This document shows, piece after piece, positions 15,025 through 30,479 of a stretch of DNA of 64,000 bases; position 1 is the stretch's first letter, and each line of letters starts with the position of its first letter. The notes under the pieces were generated by a model that was given only the letters and a program-made list of their open reading frames with translations, was not told where the DNA came from and did no database searches. The DNA is from Eledone cirrhosa. Taxonomy: Eukaryota. The stretch is from NCBI GenBank assembly GCA_964016885.1, contig OZ024751.1:18724001-18788000 (forward strand). The letters are read 5' to 3'. The position numbers and the translations under genes were made by a program.

Positions 15025-15112
15025 TCGATCGACTTTCGTCAAATCGGACCGAGGAAACAATGTTTCCATTGGTCTTTCCAATTGCTAATACTATCTATCG
15101 GTCGCAACTCCA
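15025..15112. repeat. Dispersed repeat family Q (second copy 39892-39978)
   Basis: Near-identical ATCGACTTTCGTCAAATCGGACCGAGG...GGTCGCAACTCCAG. Confidence 0.85.
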
Positions 15113-15726
<614 letters not shown>

Positions 15727-15849
15727 TATATATATATATATAGATAGAGATATGATATATGCTTACACACGGCTAATTCTGGACTGAAATCTGGACAGAA
15801 TTAACCGTCGAAACGGCTTGAGCTCTGCCGTCGGGGTCATACTTGTTCC

Positions 15850-15881
<32 letters not shown>

Positions 15882-15896
15882 TATGTAGAGAGAGAC

Positions 15897-15938
<42 letters not shown>

Positions 15939-15955
15939 TATGTATATATTTATGT

Positions 15956-15986
<31 letters not shown>

Positions 15987-16010
15987 AATTATCAATGTAT
16001 ACGCAATTCA

Positions 16011-16106
<96 letters not shown>

Positions 16107-16218
16107 ATTATATATATATATATATATATAACAATATATATATAAGTATATATATGTCCCAAGGCTCTGATACCATCAACACTATACACACAGAGCTGGC
16201 ATATCTAAGAACTGACTA

Positions 16219-16274
16219 ACTGCCTGATGAGGTCATAGCCATTCAATGGCTATCATCGAAATATACATAGCAGT
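16219..16274 (+). ncRNA. Type I minimal hammerhead ribozyme, family U
   Basis: ACUGC CUGAUGA G..AUAGCC-AUUCAAU-GGCUAU..C GAAA UAUACA UA GCAGU then AAAUAAA; TA-flanked island 16155-16322. Confidence 0.85.
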
Positions 16275-16577
16275 AAATAAAGGATTATGAGTTCATGCAA
16301 TTGACTTATGCTTCGTCACTATAAGTATATATATATATATATATACAATTATATATATATATATAACTATATATATATATATTTATCTATATATATAATT
16401 ATATATATACATATATATGTATATATATATGTATGTATATATATATAATTATATATATATATATGTATAGTAATAATAATAAATTTGAAGACTAAAATCC
16501 AAAGAGGGTGAAAGCACCGATTCTTTGCTTAAACTTTAATCTGTTATTTTAATATATATATATATATATATATAAAT

Positions 16578-16890
16578 TATTATAAATGTAAGCTATCGCC
16601 GTATTTTGACTAAAGACATTATTTAGCCTGATAGTGGGGTTAAGAACCCTCGTACAAATGGAAAAAGATGAGTATTGACGTACATGGGAGTCGAACCCAC
16701 ATCTTTGGTTATCCGGACCACTGTGTTACCATTTACACCAACACATGTACGTCAATACTCATCTTTTTCCATTTCTACGAGGGTTCTTAACCCCACTATC
16801 AGGCTAAATAATGTCTTTAGTCAAAATACGGCGATAGCTTACATTTATAATATTTTCAAACCCGCTCGCTGTTTCGAAAATATTCTTACT
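16578..16890. mobile_element. Family H palindrome (arms 16578-16686 and 16744-16852) with tRNA-like loop
   Basis: About 108-bp inverted arms; homologues at 1350-1450 and 41135-41345. Confidence 0.85.
16676..16753 (-). pseudogene. tRNA-like sequence (SINE head or tRNA pseudogene)
   Basis: Minus strand: D arm GTGT-AAATGGTA-ACAC, arm TGGT-CCGGATA-ACCA, T arm GTGGG-TTCGACT-CCCAT, acceptor GACGTAC/GTACGTC with 6 extra nt; TTTTT about 10 nt downstream. Confidence 0.65.
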
Positions 16891-16926
<36 letters not shown>

Positions 16927-16958
16927 AGATCAAAAGATGGTTAAAGGAGTTCCATATA

Positions 16959-17025
16959 TTTTATTATGCGCATTTCAAAAACAAACATCATCAAGCAATA
17001 ATATTTGTGTTTTCATCAGATAAAA
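16959..17025 (-). ncRNA. Type I minimal hammerhead ribozyme, family F
   Basis: UUUUAU CUGAUGA AAACACAAAUAUUAU-loop-AUGAUGUUUGUUUUU GAAA UGCGCA UA AUAAAA. Confidence 0.88.
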
Positions 17026-17135
17026 CAGGAGAACATGATATGAAGGCTAAAAAACACTTGTGGATAGTGCAGTTTTAAATCAACATATGTATATATATAT
17101 ATATATATATATACATATATATGTATATACATATA

Positions 17136-17217
<82 letters not shown>

Positions 17218-17230
17218 TATATGTATATAC

Positions 17231-17316
<86 letters not shown>

Positions 17317-17401
17317 AAAATGACAGGAGGCTGGACTTGTGTAAATCCTTGAAATTCCATACGGAATTGACCAGCTCTATCCAGTGGTGAACCTTCAAAC
17401 C

Positions 17402-17441
<40 letters not shown>

Positions 17442-18310
17442 TCTCTTTGTTTATTTTTTTTATATGAATATTGATTGTTTGTTCCTGTATCTCATATCTG
17501 TTATTTTGCCTGAGAAAATATCTCTATGTGTCCTTAAACAGTACACGCATATATTTATTTTTTCATATCCAATTGAGTTCTTCGCACGAGGCTTGAATTC
17601 TTGAGTTCAATGACCTGTGTGTGTATTATTTTTCACAGTAATGCACTGGGTAATTGCTGGCCTTGTGCCTAAAGTAGAAACAATTATTTTTCACGGTAGC
17701 CTCCTCCTCCTCCCATTTTGGGGAGTGTGAGATTTTCTTTCTAACTGCTGGACTTACAACCTAACAGCTCCTTCTAACACTGATAGTGATTATCGCTAAA
17801 TATTGATGTTGATTTAGTTATTAATATTAATATTATTGGGCACCCACTGAAGATTTATAAGAGCCCACTTGCATAAGAAGCCATCGATCTTACACAAGTT
17901 TTTACATAACTTAGTATAATTTCACCCACCGTGTAGAAATCTTACAATGAAACGATTCGTTTGAGAGATGATATCTTTAATATATCTCATATAAAATAAT
18001 ACAGCCAATTATCCACACAATACAATATAGTTAGCACTCCAAACGTTTAATTGGGAATATACTCCGGTATTTCCTAATGTCTGTTGAGTGGGTTGGAAAT
18101 TGGTCGGAGTATCGCTAATAGCTTTCTCCGTTTATGTAATTATATATATATATACAGTATATACATATTATTATTATTATTATAAAGGGAGGTTTTTTTT
18201 TACAAAATGAAAAAAAAAACGAAGTGTCCTACACGAGTGAAAGTATAAAGAAAAAAGATGAAATCGAAAATGCAACTGGAGTCTTTTTTTAAAAAAGTAT
18301 ATTTATTTGG

Positions 18311-18354
18311 TTCCTTTACCGGTTTCGCAGTTCTTGTGCTTTTCAAAAGTAGAA
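18311..18354 (-). ncRNA. Minimal hammerhead with U3-A8 core variant, family S
   Basis: UUC(UA)CUU UUGAAAA GCA-CAAGAAC-UGC GAAA CCGG UA AAGGAA, AAUAAA just downstream. Confidence 0.65.
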
Positions 18355-18385
18355 TTGAGATGGAGGGTTTGTGATTTTTCTCACA

Positions 18386-18452
<67 letters not shown>

Positions 18453-20556
18453 CTTCTCGCTCGTGGCGTAGTAGTGTTTCGGTATGTTCGCTGTGCAAAT
18501 TATTCTTGTTATAATATATATGATTATATGATGTGTTTTCTTGAACATTTTGATTGTGCTTTTGTGTGTCTTTGTTTTCGTTGAACTGTGTGTAAGTGTG
18601 TGTCTGTATGTGTTTCGTGTTCCTATATATTTGTATGTATGTGTGTGTGTGTGTCTGCCTGAGTGTTATGAGGTTGTGCTTGTGTGTGTGAGTGTGAGTG
18701 TGTGTGTGTTTCTGTCTGTCTGTGAGTTATGAGGTTGTGTTTGTCTGTGTGTTTATATGAACACGATATTGGTAACTTGACATGTTAAACGAAGCGAAAC
18801 ATACAAGACAACAAAGATTTTACAAGAGCCGATTTCTATCTTCTCTTATTAATAATAATTCATGTTGTTAATAATTGTGGGCTGACACACGAGAACGTGG
18901 AAAAGACAAAATGAAAACCTAAGAAATTATAAGAAAATCAGAATTAAATAAATAAATTAATTAATAAATAAAAACAGTTAAAAGTTAGAGTCAACCTTTT
19001 GAGTGAAATAATTTTCTTTTTTCTTTTGTTGAAAAGTCAAATAAAAAAACGACCCTCGCCATTTCCTTTCGAAATAAGAGGATTTAACACTCGTCGCCGT
19101 GAATAATCTCAAGTGTAAAAGTAGAAGAAAAATAGAGAGAATTGAAAAAAAATATATAGAAAATATATAGAAAAATAAATAAAATGTATAACTAATAAAT
19201 ACCAACACAAGAACACACATTAACTTCTGAACATGTGTAGAGGTGAGGAAATGTGAAGGAATAGTTTTGTTCATGCAAGGAATCAAATGGATCTCGGTCG
19301 GTTTCAATAATGAATGTTCCAGTCTTATTTTTATTTCTATAATAGAGATAATATTCATGATAAATTCCCATGCAATTCTTTTCGTCCATTTTAAGCTTGA
19401 TGGTACGTACCTCTCCGTTTTCAAGATGGACCACAGGCAGTTGATGAGAGAGAGCGAGAGAGAGAGAGAGGGGGTAGAGGGAGGGAGAAGAGTGGGACGA
19501 TCGTTATCCCGTACTCGAGTGACATTTTATTTATCGTCACTGAACAGACGAAGGGAAATGGTGGTCTCAGCAAGATTTGATTGCAGAATGATTAGTACGT
19601 CGAACAAATACTCCAAAGCATTTTGTACGACAACCCAACGATTCTGACAATTCACAGATCGTATAACTTATGCACACTGTATATATACGACATACAAACT
19701 GTACATATACACACTATATACACATTATACATATAAACGCGGTATACATAGTCGATACAATTCTTCTATATACACATTTTATATAAATTGCATAAACACG
19801 CGCACAGTACATATACTGCAATATGGGACATGAAAACATCGCATATACACAATGCATAAACTGTATATAAACACAATGCAAGTATACACGCTCTCCTTAC
19901 AACGTATATGCATACACATATACACATAGAATACAAAATACATACACACACAACAGTACATACACACACTGCCTACAAATTACATATACACAAAACTTTC
20001 ACACATTGCATACATATGGCATGGAAACATATACATAAACATTGTGATTGTATACACACTTACTCCATATAATGTACATATACACAATCCGAACAATAGA
20101 CATTCCCATTGTACAATTACATAATGTCATAAACGTTCTTCTGCTAGAAATGACAGTCAAATCTCAAATAAATTACAAGCTTATGTCTTGTATAATGGCA
20201 GGACACATTAGTTAATGTGTCCTGGCATTATATAAAACGGAACAAACATCACACACACACACACACAAAACACACACACTCAAAAACACACACACACATT
20301 ACATACAAACGTACGTATAGACCATATGAAAGCAAAACATACAGAATTCGTATATTTATATATGATTGTGTATGTGTGTGGGCATGCATGCCTCTCCTCC
20401 ACCTCTCTCTCTCTATATATATATATAAATATACATACATACATATATACATACATGTACATATATATACATACATATATACTTACATATACATATATAT
20501 ACATATATATATACATATATATATATACATATATATATATACACATACCAACATAC

Positions 20557-20619
<63 letters not shown>

Positions 20620-21389
20620 TATACGTACACACAATGTGAATTAGGTTTGCTTTTCATTGTTTGTTTTGCTCAATAGATTTCATAATTAAATCCAAAAATG
20701 TCGGCGCAGCGTTCCATAACAGAGGAAATTGTGGAGCTAGAAACATGGCGGTTTATTCAGATCAAAGATCTACCAACTATTGCAATATTACATGGTCCAT
20801 ATAGCCTATAATCATTCATTTACCGGGGTGGATGTAGTGGTGAAGGGTTTGGGCGGTGTCTGTGGTAGTGATGGTGGTGTGGTGTTGACATGGGGGTATT
20901 GTGTTAGTTATGTGAGTGGTGGGGGAAGGGTTTCAAAGGGGTGGGATGAATGAACTCTCAATAAAACAAACACCAGTGGCATGTGTTGTAATATAAATAT
21001 TATTGAATGTACGTATTCTGTATATATACATACATACAAACATACATATATACATACATACATATATATATATATTTATATATATATATACATGTGTGTG
21101 GCTGAGTATATATATGTCCATATATATATATATACATGTGCATGTCTGTATATATGTATGTCCATATGTATACATATACATAATGTATATATATGTACAA
21201 ACACACAAACACATACAAATTACTGGACTAAAGGCTGGGAATGTTCCGAGGCAGGATGTATTCCCACCTTCTACAAAATACACTTCCGCTCGAGAAGCAG
21301 TCAGTTAGAAAAATGGTATGACCCACCCACTGAGACTCTTTATTTTCTCCTTATAGACGATTCTATGTATTTATTGTATGAATATATAT

Positions 21390-21404
21390 ATGAAAGTATA
21401 TATG

Positions 21405-21488
<84 letters not shown>

Positions 21489-21996
21489 AAAGCATGTATG
21501 TATATGTATATATATATATCTCAAAGCAAGTATGTGTATGTATATATATATATATATATATGAAAGCATGTATGTATATGTATAAATATATCTGAAAGCA
21601 TGTACGTATATGTATATAGATATCTGAAAGCATGTATGTGTAGGTATATATATATGTATATATATATATATATGAAACCATTTATGTATATGTGTATATA
21701 TATCTGAAAGCATGTATGAATATGTATATATATATCTGAAAGCATGAATGTATATATATATATCTGAAAGCATGTACATATATGTATATATATATATCTG
21801 AAAGCATGTATGTATTTGTATTGATATATCTGAAAGCATGCATGTATATGTATATATATATATATGGAAGCATGTATGTATATATATATATATGAAAGCA
21901 TGTATGTATATATATATATGTGAAAGCATGTATGTATATGTATAAATATATCTGAAAGCATGTACGTATATGTATATATATATCTCAATGTATGTG

Positions 21997-22042
<46 letters not shown>

Positions 22043-22575
22043 ACCGACGGCTAATTCTGGACTAGAATTAGTCCAGAATTAGCTGTCGAAACGGCTTGAG
22101 CTCAGCCGTCGGGGTCCTACTCGTTCCTATTACCCACTCTACTACCCTAAGTATTGAGTACTTTGGTGCGTTATGGTCCATCTGGTTCCTTACCACATTT
22201 CCTTCGTTATATATATATGAAAGCATTTATGTATATGTGTATATATATATCTGAAAGCATGTATGTATATGTATATATATATATATATATATGAAAGCAT
22301 GTATGTATATGTATAAATATATCTGAAAGCATATATGTATATGTATATATATATATCTGATAGCATGTATGTGTATGTATATATATATATATATATGAAA
22401 GCATTTATGTATATGTATATATATATATATCTGAAAGCATGTATGTATATGTATATATATATCTGAAAGCATGTATATCTGAAATCATGTATGTATATGT
22501 CTATATATATATCTGAAAGCATGTATTTATATGTATATATATATATATATATCTGAAAGCATGTATGTGTATGTG

Positions 22576-22622
<47 letters not shown>

Positions 22623-22689
22623 GCATATATGTATATATATATATATATGAAATCATGGATGTATATGTATATATACGTATGAAAGCATG

Positions 22690-22730
<41 letters not shown>

Positions 22731-22970
22731 GCATGTATGTATATGTATATATATATATATATCTGAACGCATGTATTTATATGTATATATATATCTGAAA
22801 GCATGTATATATATGTATATATATATATTTGAAAGCATGTATGTATATGTATATATATATATGAAAGCATATATGTATATATATATATATATCTGAAATC
22901 ATGGATGTATATGTATATATACGTATGAAAGCATGTATGTATATGTATATATACATATGAAAGCATGTAT
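21390..22970. repeat. Compound minisatellite (CTGAAAGCATGTATGTATATG(TA)n), interrupted by a family A copy at 22041-22207
   Basis: Dozens of GAAAGCATG cores spaced by TA tracts. Confidence 0.9.
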
Positions 22971-23310
22971 GTATATGTATGTTTGTATCTATGTATGCAT
23001 CTGTATATGTATGTATGTGTATATGTATGTATGTATATATGTATGTATATATGCATCTATGTATGTATATATGTATCCATAAATGTCTATGTGTGTTTGG
23101 ATGGGTGGATATATCCGTAGGCATATATATATATATATATTTATTTATATATATATATCTGTATGTATGTATGTATATATATGAGTGTGTATTTGTGAGT
23201 GTATACTGATCTTTATAATGCAAAATTGAGCTTCTGCATGTCCGTTATATGCGAGACATGTAGACACATACATGCATACACGCAGGAACAAGGACAGACA
23301 TGCATACACA

Positions 23311-23358
<48 letters not shown>

Positions 23359-23389
23359 CACACACACACATATATATATATACATACAT

Positions 23390-23484
<95 letters not shown>

Positions 23485-23505
23485 TATATTTATATATAAA
23501 AAAAA

Positions 23506-23536
<31 letters not shown>

Positions 23537-23756
23537 CCCACACACATATATATATATATACACACACACACATATATATATATGCGAGAATTTAGTAATT
23601 GAGAAGTAGTTTTACACCTGAATATTGTTTATCCATCCACGGGGAGTATCACGTGATTTTATTGCATTTATACATACATTCATGCATACACAAAGACATA
23701 CGCACACACATAGCTATATGTGTATATATATATATATATATATAAATATATGTAGT

Positions 23757-23814
<58 letters not shown>

Positions 23815-23844
23815 CATATATATATATATGTATATACATATATT

Positions 23845-24020
<176 letters not shown>

Positions 24021-24068
24021 GAAGGTGAGTAATATTGTAGAACAATAAAACTATGTATATATATATAC

Positions 24069-24145
<77 letters not shown>

Positions 24146-24423
24146 TTGTACACATAATCACATATATATATACACACACTTTGGCATGCATATACATTTC
24201 TATACACACATACCTACACACACATTTTGAGAAAGTGTGATTAATCGATAGACAGATGTTCCTATAGCAACTTAAATCTTTTCCTTTCTCTCTTTCTCTC
24301 TCTTTCTCTCTATCAACCTCTCTGTCTATCCCTCATTCTCTCTCTTTTTATCTATATTTAGACATCCGTAATATGTATCGTGGAAATCGATATAACGTAT
24401 CTATATATCTCTGTATGTATGCA

Positions 24424-24456
<33 letters not shown>

Positions 24457-24459
24457 CTA

Positions 24460-24505
<46 letters not shown>

Positions 24506-24523
24506 ACTTATATATATATGTAC

Positions 24524-24560
<37 letters not shown>

Positions 24561-25059
24561 TATACCAACACACATATATATATATATATATATATATTTG
24601 TACTTATATATATATATTATATATATATTGTACTTATATATGTGTATCTATAAACATGCTCTGACACGCAACAATGCGCGCATACATACACGTACACTTG
24701 ATATTCTTAGTTAAAAAAGGAAGACGAACCTTCAAGCATGAATATTAAATACTTATTAATTTGAGATATCATTAATTATGGATAATAAATAATAATTAGA
24801 GATAACTTGTAGAGAATAAATTATTTATAAGAACTTAAACCTACATGGTGTAATTTCTACGTTTAACTTTCTACGTTTATTCAGAGATCATTATCAAATT
24901 TCCTCATCATCTGTTTCGAATCTTTATGAATAACATATTCATCAACACTAACACATTTAAAGGACAGCTCTAGATTAAGGGTTGAGCTTTCCTGGCTGCA
25001 GTCATGAGCCCTTGAAATTTTAGGAGCCCCCAAATATTTTTTTTTGCTTTCATGAATAA

Positions 25060-25200
25060 TTATTTTTGATTTAGGTACAAGGCCAACAATTTGAGGGAGG
25101 GCAAAGTCGTTTAAATCGACCTTAGTTCGTAACTGGTACATTATTTTATCGATCCCATAAGGATAAAAGGTAAAGTTAACCTCGCCAGGATTTGAACGCA
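25060..25200 (-). mobile_element. SINE family 1 fragment
   Basis: Reverse complement of family 1 core. Confidence 0.75.
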
Positions 25201-25565
25201 TGCTACTATAAATGATACGCAAGGGCTCCGATTAAATTTAGAGCTCGGAGCGAGTCAAGATTAGTCAACCCCTTGCTTAAAATTTTATATAAGTTTAAAC
25301 GAGGATATGAAATGCATATAAAGTCAGTATTCCTCGTTAAATCAAATAGCAACTCTGTTTAACTTGTTTCATTGTCTCACATACATCTTTCCTGCGGCTT
25401 CTTCAAGACATCGTGAAACCTGACATCAACGTGCAGCAATTCGACTCTTTTGCACTAGGAAGATAAATGATGGTGCTTGGTTTCTTCTTAACAGGATCTT
25501 CTGAAACTCAGAAGATCCCGTTAAGGGTGAAAGCAGCGATTCTTTGCTTAAACTTTAATCTGTTA

Positions 25566-25602
<37 letters not shown>

Positions 25603-25604
<2 letters not shown>

Positions 25605-25724
25605 TTGTTTCTACTTTAGGCACAAGGCCAGCAATTACCCAGTGCATTACTGGTACTTTATTTTATCGACCCCGTAAGGATGAAAGGCAAAGTCAACCTC
25701 GGCGGGATTTGAACTCAGATCGTA
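25603..25724 (-). mobile_element. SINE family 1 (3' part)
   Basis: Near-identical to 41575-41696 and 47496-47616. Confidence 0.85.
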
Positions 25725-25759
<35 letters not shown>

Positions 25760-25789
25760 AAATGGAAGCTATATTTATAAAACCATAAT

Positions 25790-25854
25790 TATGTTATTAT
25801 ATATATTTCAAGAGCGACCAGGCCAATCTTGGTGCACTTTCATCAGATAAAATA
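25790..25854 (-). ncRNA. Hammerhead ribozyme, family C (in fold-back cassette 25753-26106)
   Basis: Same architecture as 6276-6340; opposite arm 25942-26106 carries GAAA-UAUAUA-UA-AUAAAA and the tail with CTGTTGAGTGC. Confidence 0.8.
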
Positions 25855-26169
25855 CAAAATCTGTTTCATAAATACAAAATTTGTTTTATAAATAGTGACA
25901 TAACCATGGAAAACAACCTTGACGGTTGAAGATTCGCTGGCTTGGTTGCCCTTGAAATATATATAATAAAATAATTATGGTTTTATAAATATAGTTTCCA
26001 TTTATTAATATATTGAACATTTACTCCAGTAACTGTTGAGTGCTCTATATCAGTTATAAACTTTTAAGTTTGTTGGAATCCCAACAAATTAAATATAACT
26101 TCTACATATATATATATATATATATATATATGAATATCTAAATCTCTCTCTCTCCTATCTCTCTATCTA

Positions 26170-26207
<38 letters not shown>

Positions 26208-26209
26208 CA

Positions 26210-26294
<85 letters not shown>

Positions 26295-26371
26295 TTTTGA
26301 TTTAGGCACAAGAGAATTTGAAGGTGTAGTATACATTTTATTCCCACACACCCACCCATATATATATATGC

Positions 26372-26416
<45 letters not shown>

Positions 26417-26820
26417 CGTGCGTTCGTGTGTGTGTGTGTGCATGCGTACGTGTGTGTGTGTGCGTGCGTGCGTGCGTTCGTGTGTGTGTGTGTGTGCATG
26501 CGTGCGTGTGTGTGTGCGTGCGTGCGTTCGTGTGTGTGTGTGTGTGCATGCGTGCATGTGTGTGTACATATGTCTATGTACATACATACAGACAGGCAGT
26601 CAGTCAGACAGACTGACAGACAGATAGACAGAAGCCGCCAGTCTCTTTCGCAGTTGAACGCTTACAAGAAGAGATCAGGTCAGAGAAGTCAGCGTATGTG
26701 GATGTTACTCTTGTAATCAATAAAACCATTAGCTTAATTCCATTCTCTTGTGGGAGATCTTTCCATCTTTTCATTCTTATTCCTCAACAACAATAGTACT
26801 ACCAACACCATCACCTGCAC

Positions 26821-26865
<45 letters not shown>

Positions 26866-27289
26866 ATAAAATCCAAGAATCCGTCACCAACAACGCAAAC
26901 AACAACAACAACACCTTCACACACATCACCACAACCTATAATACAGCCATCACTAACAACAACACCAGCACACACACTCCACCATAACAAACAACAACAC
27001 CATCACACACGCTCCACCATAACAAACAACAACACCTTCACATACCACCACCACAACCTATACTACAGCCATCACTAACAACAACACCATCACACACACT
27101 CCACCATAACAAACAACAACATCAACAATACAACTAAGACCACAAACAACGCCAACACTTCCAACACCCTAACACCAACACCAGCACACACTCCACCATA
27201 GCCAACAACACCAAAAATACCACTACCATCACCAACACCACCACAGCCAACGATACCAACACCACCACCACCACCACCACCATCAACAA

Positions 27290-28310
27290 TACCACTAACA
27301 CTTGCACACACACCACTACAACCAACAATACCACCACCACCAACAACAATACTACTAACACTTGCACACACACCACTACAACCAACTATACCACCACCTT
27401 CCAACGACACCACCACTAACACTTGCACACACACCACTACAACCAACTATACCACCACCACCAACAACAATACTACTAACACTTGCACACACACCACTAC
27501 AACCAACTATACCACCACCTTCCAACGACACCACCACTAACACTTGCACACACACTACTACAACCAACAATACCACCACCACCATCAACAATACCACTAA
27601 CACTTGCACACACACCACTACAACCAACAATATCACCACCAACAACAACAATACCACTAACACTTGCACACACACCACTACAACCAACAATACCACCACC
27701 AACAACAACAATACCACTAACACTTGCACACACACCACTACAACCAACAATACCACCACCAACAACAACAATACCACTAACACTTGCACACACACCACTA
27801 CAACCAACAATACCACCACCAACAACAACAATACCACTAACACTTGCACACACACCACTACAACCAACAATACCATCACCACCAACGACACCACCACTAA
27901 CACTTGCACACACACCACTACAACCAACAATACCACCACCAACAACAACAATACCACTAACACTTGCACACACACCACTACAACCAACAATACCATCACC
28001 ACCAACGACACCACTACCAACACTTGCACACACACCACTACAACCAACAATACCACCACCACCACCAACAACAATACCACTAACACTTGCACACACACCA
28101 CTACAACCAACAATACCACCACCACCACCAACAACAATACCACTAACACTTGCACACACACCACTACAACCAACAATACCACCACCACCAACGACACCAC
28201 CACTAACACTTGCACACACACCACTACAACCAACAATACCACCACCACCAACGACACCACTACCAACACTTGCACACACACCACTACAACCAACAATACC
28301 ACCACCACTA
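27290..28310. repeat. 60-63 bp minisatellite (ACCACTAACACTTGCACACACACCACTACAACCAACAAT..), about 17 copies
   Basis: Consecutive 60-nt lines are near-identical. Confidence 0.95.
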
Positions 28311-28597
28311 CCATTAACAACACAACCATCACTACTTCTACTAATACCAATGCCACAACCATAACAACACTCTCTCTCTCTCCATTTCTTCCCCTTCTCT
28401 CTAAACATTAACTATAAATACCTAAGTGTTTAACAATAAACAATATTTGTCTATATATCTCTCGCTCCCTCTAACTATATCTATCTAGCTAGACATCTCT
28501 CCCTAGCTCGCTCTCTCTCTCCTCCCCTCTCTCTCTCCCTCTCTCTCTCTCCCTATATATATATATGATGGCTGCCCCCTCGTTATCGAGTATGGCC

Positions 28598-28638
<41 letters not shown>

Positions 28639-28772
28639 GTTAAACAAGGTTCAATGAATAAGTCAAAGAATTAGTTTTACAATAGATTGGAAGCACTCAA
28701 CAGTTTGGTTTTCAGGAGTTATTAATATTAATTCAAAATATTAACAAAATAGAACTTCTTATGATCAAGTAC

Positions 28773-28837
28773 ATTTTATTATACATTTTTCAGAGGTACT
28801 GAGCTAACTTCAACAGTACGTCCTCGTCAGATAAAAT
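28773..28837 (-). ncRNA. Hammerhead ribozyme, family D, left arm of palindrome 28726-29059
   Basis: AUUUUAU CUGACGA GGAC-GUACUG-loop-CAGUAC-CUCU GAAA AAUGUA UA AUAAAAU. Confidence 0.8.
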
Positions 28838-28945
28838 AAGATGATGCATCACATACCCTGACATAGTAGTTGGTTAATATCCAGTCATGGATCCATGATT
28901 GGATCTTAACCACCTACTATGTCAGGGTATGTCATGCATCATCTT

Positions 28946-29010
28946 ATTTTATCTGACGAGGACGTACTGTTGAAGTTAGCTCAGTACCTCTGAAATATGT
29001 ACAATAAAAT
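28946..29010 (+). ncRNA. Hammerhead ribozyme, family D, right arm (U16.1 changed to C)
   Basis: Mirror of 28773-28837; GAAA UAUGUA CA AUAAAAU. Confidence 0.75.
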
Positions 29011-29052
29011 GTACTTGATCACAAGAAGTTCTATTTTTGTTAACATTTTGAA

Positions 29053-29115
<63 letters not shown>

Positions 29116-29427
29116 TAACCAGGCATTTTTTTCTCAATATAGGTCTGTTATTTTTCTTAATTTAATATTTAAAGTTAAGGATAACAAACTATATTTCTGT
29201 AGTTAGTATTTTTTCACCCTAGCAAATTTGGTCCTTACGATTCGAACACATGTATATTTATATTAGTGTTCATCTCTCTTGTTTATTCAATTATATATAT
29301 ATACATATATATCATATATATATATATATGCATATCTACAGGACTAGAACTATTTCATTCAATAGAAATCATTTGTGCTTTTCTGATGATTTCTTATGAA
29401 TGGAACAGTTATATTTATATTCATATG

Positions 29428-29489
<62 letters not shown>

Positions 29490-29819
29490 AGTAATAATAA
29501 TACTATTGATAGTTATGTATAGATTTTAAACAACTATAAACAGGAAGGTCAGTAATTTCTTAATCACCTTATTACCAGTAAGAGAAATTGGTCAATGTAT
29601 GAACATCAGTTGTTTCACAGAGCAGGAAAATAAATACATTATACAATTATCAAAGTTGTGTTAAAATCATTTAATAGCTGACAATCCTTTCTTCCAAACT
29701 CTCGATTGTCACATCCATTTCACCCTGTAAATACGAAACTGTTGCTCAGAACATCAATTTATATGTATCTATATTATTGTTCAGTTGAATAGGAGGTTAA
29801 TTATATGTATAAACTTTGA

Positions 29820-29873
29820 TAATGCTCCGATGATCCCAAACGAGAGTTTGGAAGAAACGACTGTCAGGTATTA
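29820..29873 (+). ncRNA. Degenerate hammerhead, family K
   Basis: CCGAUGA UCCCAAAC-GAGA-GUUUGGAA GAAA CGACUG UC; inverted partial copy at 29665-29705. Confidence 0.55.
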
Positions 29874-29955
29874 AATGATTTGAACACAACTTATATATAT
29901 ATATATATATATGTATTGATATATATATAGATATGCATATATATATATATTACAT

Positions 29956-30021
<66 letters not shown>

Positions 30022-30038
30022 TATATATATATATAATT

Positions 30039-30108
<70 letters not shown>

Positions 30109-30216
30109 ACAATGATATTAAATGGAAACTATATTTATAAAACCATATTTATTCAATTATATATATTTTTTAAGGTATATCATCCTTGGTCATTTCAAAT
30201 ATTTTAAAACTTTTTG

Positions 30217-30277
30217 TATTTTATCTGATGATAGCGTACTAAAATTTTGGTACCCTTGAAATATGTATAATAGAATA
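30217..30277 (+). ncRNA. Hammerhead ribozyme, family C
   Basis: UAUUUUAU CUGAUGA ..GUAC-loop-GUAC.. GAAA UAUGUA UA AUAGAAUA; cassette 30111-30410 with short inverted arm and tail CTGTCGAGTGC. Confidence 0.8.
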
Positions 30278-30407
30278 AATATGGTTTTATAAATATAGTT
30301 TCCATTTAATATCATTGAATATTTACTCCATAAATCTGTCGAGTGCTCTGAATAAGTTATAAATATTTGTATTTGTTGTATTTCCAACAAATTAAATATC
30401 CCTTCTA

Positions 30408-30479
<72 letters not shown>

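Noticed and set aside
16676-16753. Functional tRNA gene
   Set aside because: Six extra nt after the acceptor 5' strand, atypical anticodon loop, and embedded in a repeat family
27362-28411. Mucin-like Thr/Pro-rich ORFs
   Set aside because: Open in several frames on both strands because of a stop-poor minisatellite; no splice or signal-peptide context
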